From the NCBI GenBank assembly GCA_000388065.2, contig KB932201.1: a stretch of DNA of 46,947 bases. The stretch is one strand, 5' to 3'. The DNA is from Fonticula alba ATCC 38817 (lineage: Eukaryota; Protista; Nucleariida). The number at the start of each line of letters is the position of its first letter. Position 1 is the first letter of the stretch. Shown here piece after piece: positions 44,374 through 46,947 of the stretch. The translations under genes and the position numbers were made by a program. Under the pieces are notes generated by a model. It was not told the origin of the DNA and did not search any database. It saw only the letters and a program-made list of their open reading frames with translations.

Positions 44374-46301
44374 NNNNNNNNNNNNNNNNNNNNNNNNNNN
44401 NNNNNNNNNNNNNNNNNNNNNNNNGGGGGGTGAGGTAACCTGCACCGAGAGTACGACAACTCAACCAGAGGGCGAGTTAGTGGTCAGGCAGAATGGGAAG
44501 CAACTCGCCAAACAAAAGGGGGTTCGAGAGGAGGCCTTAGAACAAGACTTCGCTGGCCTGGCTCAAGCTTCACGGGGATGCTCTCGCATACACTCAAATA
44601 CATGCATCACAGGCAAGCAAGTGAGGTGTTCTCGCTCTCCGGAGGCTCCCGCGGGGAGTCGCCCTTTCGACATTGGGCAGGTCGAGAGGTGGAGATCTCA
44701 GAACCGCGCCTGTACGCGCATCTCCATCCTTTCCTTGGCCACCGTAGCCGTCCCTGCGCTCGGCGGCCCTCCGGCTGACGATCTCACTCGCATTCCTCCT
44801 CGGAGGAGGAATGCTATTCACACATACCAAAGCCCCACACGAGGCAATGACCGCGTGGATATCCTAAACAACACATGATCACGATGATGGAGATCGGGGC
44901 TACTGCCACACCCCGGTGCCTGTCACGCGACATGTTCTGATTAGTTGTGTGACAAGCACCGGGCCGTTCCAGAGGGGCCCGGGTCTACTCGCCCCCATCA
45001 GGCCCTGGGGCTCCTGTCTGCAAGTTGGCTGCTCGGTGCTGGCCGCCCGGGCACCCGAGGCCTGCCGCGGAGGGCCGTCTTTCTTTTTCTTCCTCCCTCC
45101 CTCTCGCTCTCTCTCTCTCACTCTCTCTGGCGATCTCTCTTTCCACTCTTTGCTCTACCCCCGCCCCGCCTCTACGTCATGCTCACTGCCATTCCCATGT
45201 GCAGCGCTTTGCGCATGTCTCTCGGCGGCCCGTCATTCCCTACCTCCGTGGGCGCCCAGGTCCGGGCGCAAGGGCACCCCTTGGATTGAAGACGGCCGGC
45301 ACGCGTGCCGCCCCAGAGCAAGGCAGATCGGTGCTTGACCCTGCGCCCTGCCTCCGAATGCCAACGATCCCCGGCTGTTAATATCCGGCCGTGCCGCTGC
45401 GTGCTGTACTCTTTCCCTCTCTCCTGCCCCCAGGGGGGGCGGGTGGGCCTGGGCCCGTGTGCGAACGGGGCGCCAGTCTGCCCACAGTTGGTAGCCGTGA
45501 CAGGGGGAGGGGGGGGTGGGCTGGGAGGGCGGGTGGCGGCCCCTCGGCCACTCAGCCCGGGAGACCCGCACCTCCTGTGCATTCCCCTGGGGCGCGCCGG
45601 TTCTCGGACCAGGTCCGGTGTTTTCGTCTGCTCGCTTGACGCCCTCGCCCCGGCAATGGGTCCCGACTGGCGTGAGCGGCCCGCGACCAGGAGGGGGGGG
45701 GGGGGGGGGCGGGAGCGGGACGGGCAAACTAGCACCCTCTGTGGACATATGGCCGGGCGGGTGTGGGCAGTGTCCGGCCACGTTCGCACCCCGGGAGGAA
45801 CCCCTCCTCCTTCAGCCCGACCCAGGGCGCGCGTCACCATGGCCCCTTGGTAGGGATGTCCTGCGGCCTGCGCGCCACCTGCTCGGTACATCGTTTTCCG
45901 GCCCTACCCCCCACCCTTGAACCCGTCCTTGGCGGCATAAACAAAGTATGTGCCCCCCCTCCCGAAGTGGGACTGGCCCGGGGAATCTATGCCCACCATT
46001 CTCTTGACCGAGAGAGAAGGAGGGACTCGCATGCCCGAAGCACCGTCCCCCCCCCCCCGCCTTGCTGCCAGCTTCTGTGAATTGAGATCAGTCTGAAAGG
46101 GGCGTGTGGCCGGACCTCCCCAGGGCACGGCCCAGGCAATTAATGGCACCCCAGTATTCTCCCCTCTCTTGCCTCTCTCCGTCTTCTCCTCCCCTCCCTC
46201 CCTCCTTCCCCCCCCCCTCTCTCTCTCTCTCTCCTGTCCCTTTCACTTTCTCCCCCCTTCCCATCGGCACCCTTCCGACACTTCTTGCCGTNNNNNNNNN
46301 N

Positions 46302-46913
46302 GGGCAGGAGCAGGGCTGCGTGCGCGGGGCCGGGGGGGGTGAAAGCAGCCGCAGCAAGAAATGAGCGGGAGAGGAGGAAGGAGGCAAGGGAAGGGCGAAA
46401 GGACAAAGGCAGGATGCCTGGCGTGAGGGCGGAGGCGAGCAGAGCCAAATGGAAGAGGAGATCTGAATCTGCCGGTCTGCCGGTCCTGGCATCACAGGGG
46501 CGCTTAATTGGCCACAATCACCAGGTGCCGATGGGCTCTCGGGCCGCCAGGAGGAAGGCCGGGGGGACGGGACGGGCGCAGGGAGGCCAGGGAACGGGAG
46601 GGGGGAGATCCTTTGTAGGGGCCACCGTTTGGGGATGTGCGGGCTCCGGTGTTGGCGTGGAAGCGAGCCCGAAGGCGGGCTGGCCGGCCCCCGGCCCGGC
46701 CGAGCTCACAGGGGCCAGGCGCGATCTGGAGGCCGTCTTGCGTGCCGACGCGCGGGGTCGGGGATGAGCCCCCAGCCCGGGGAGTCTGACTGACAATGGA
46801 CCAGCCTCGCGGCTTGGCCGTGGCACGCGCGACCAACCCGTTCCGGTCGGATTGGGCGTGGCTCCGGGCCGGGAGAGGGCGTGCGCGAGAGTCATTGAGG
46901 GGGAGGGCAGCTG

Positions 46914-46947
<34 letters not shown>
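46302..46947. repeat. Copy of 40867-41512 (5' leader/upstream region of the surface-protein gene), running off the window end
   Basis: Identical by eye from GGGCAGGAGCAGGGCTGCG through to the AG microsatellite, offset 5435 bp. Starts directly after the 46292-46301 gap. Confidence 0.9.

Noticed and set aside
40867-46947. Repeated segments considered as LTRs or transposon termini
   Set aside because: No target-site duplications, terminal TG..CA or inverted repeats, and no transposase or RT ORF. The copies end at gaps and homopolymers.

Overview
GC-rich, intron-dense eukaryotic draft-assembly DNA with nine N-gaps, each with a G/C homopolymer at or near an edge. The style (GTGCGT/GTACGT donors, poly-C/CT introns, proteins padded with low-complexity sequence) suggests a Fonticula-like protist; this is inference and was not verified. 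I rebuilt ten protein-coding genes by hand from GT-AG junctions that keep frame. In order: AFG1/ZapE ATPase (-), methylmalonate-semialdehyde dehydrogenase (+), a ~1430-aa DUF2270-like membrane protein (-), a ~900-aa coiled-coil/disordered protein (-), a Tim17-family/TIMMDC1-like protein (+), an unnamed methyltransferase-like protein (-), an NCLX/CCX cation:Ca2+ exchanger (-), an intronless YwqG/PDCD2-like Cys-rich protein (+), RAD54B (-), and a ~2000-aa surface protein (-). The last is the most interesting. Its ectodomain (signal peptide, FG-GAP-like, sushi-like, FN3 x2, furin-like) is joined to a multi-pass membrane module with an EDIPQ motif reminiscent of XK-related scramblases, and all six of its introns are phase 1. 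About three quarters of donors have C at +4. Assembly artefacts include a 20-nt Illumina adapter inside a false 142-bp duplication in RAD54B, plus several gap-edge duplications. No tRNA, rRNA, CRISPR array or transposon could be supported. Family calls rest on recalled motifs, not database searches.
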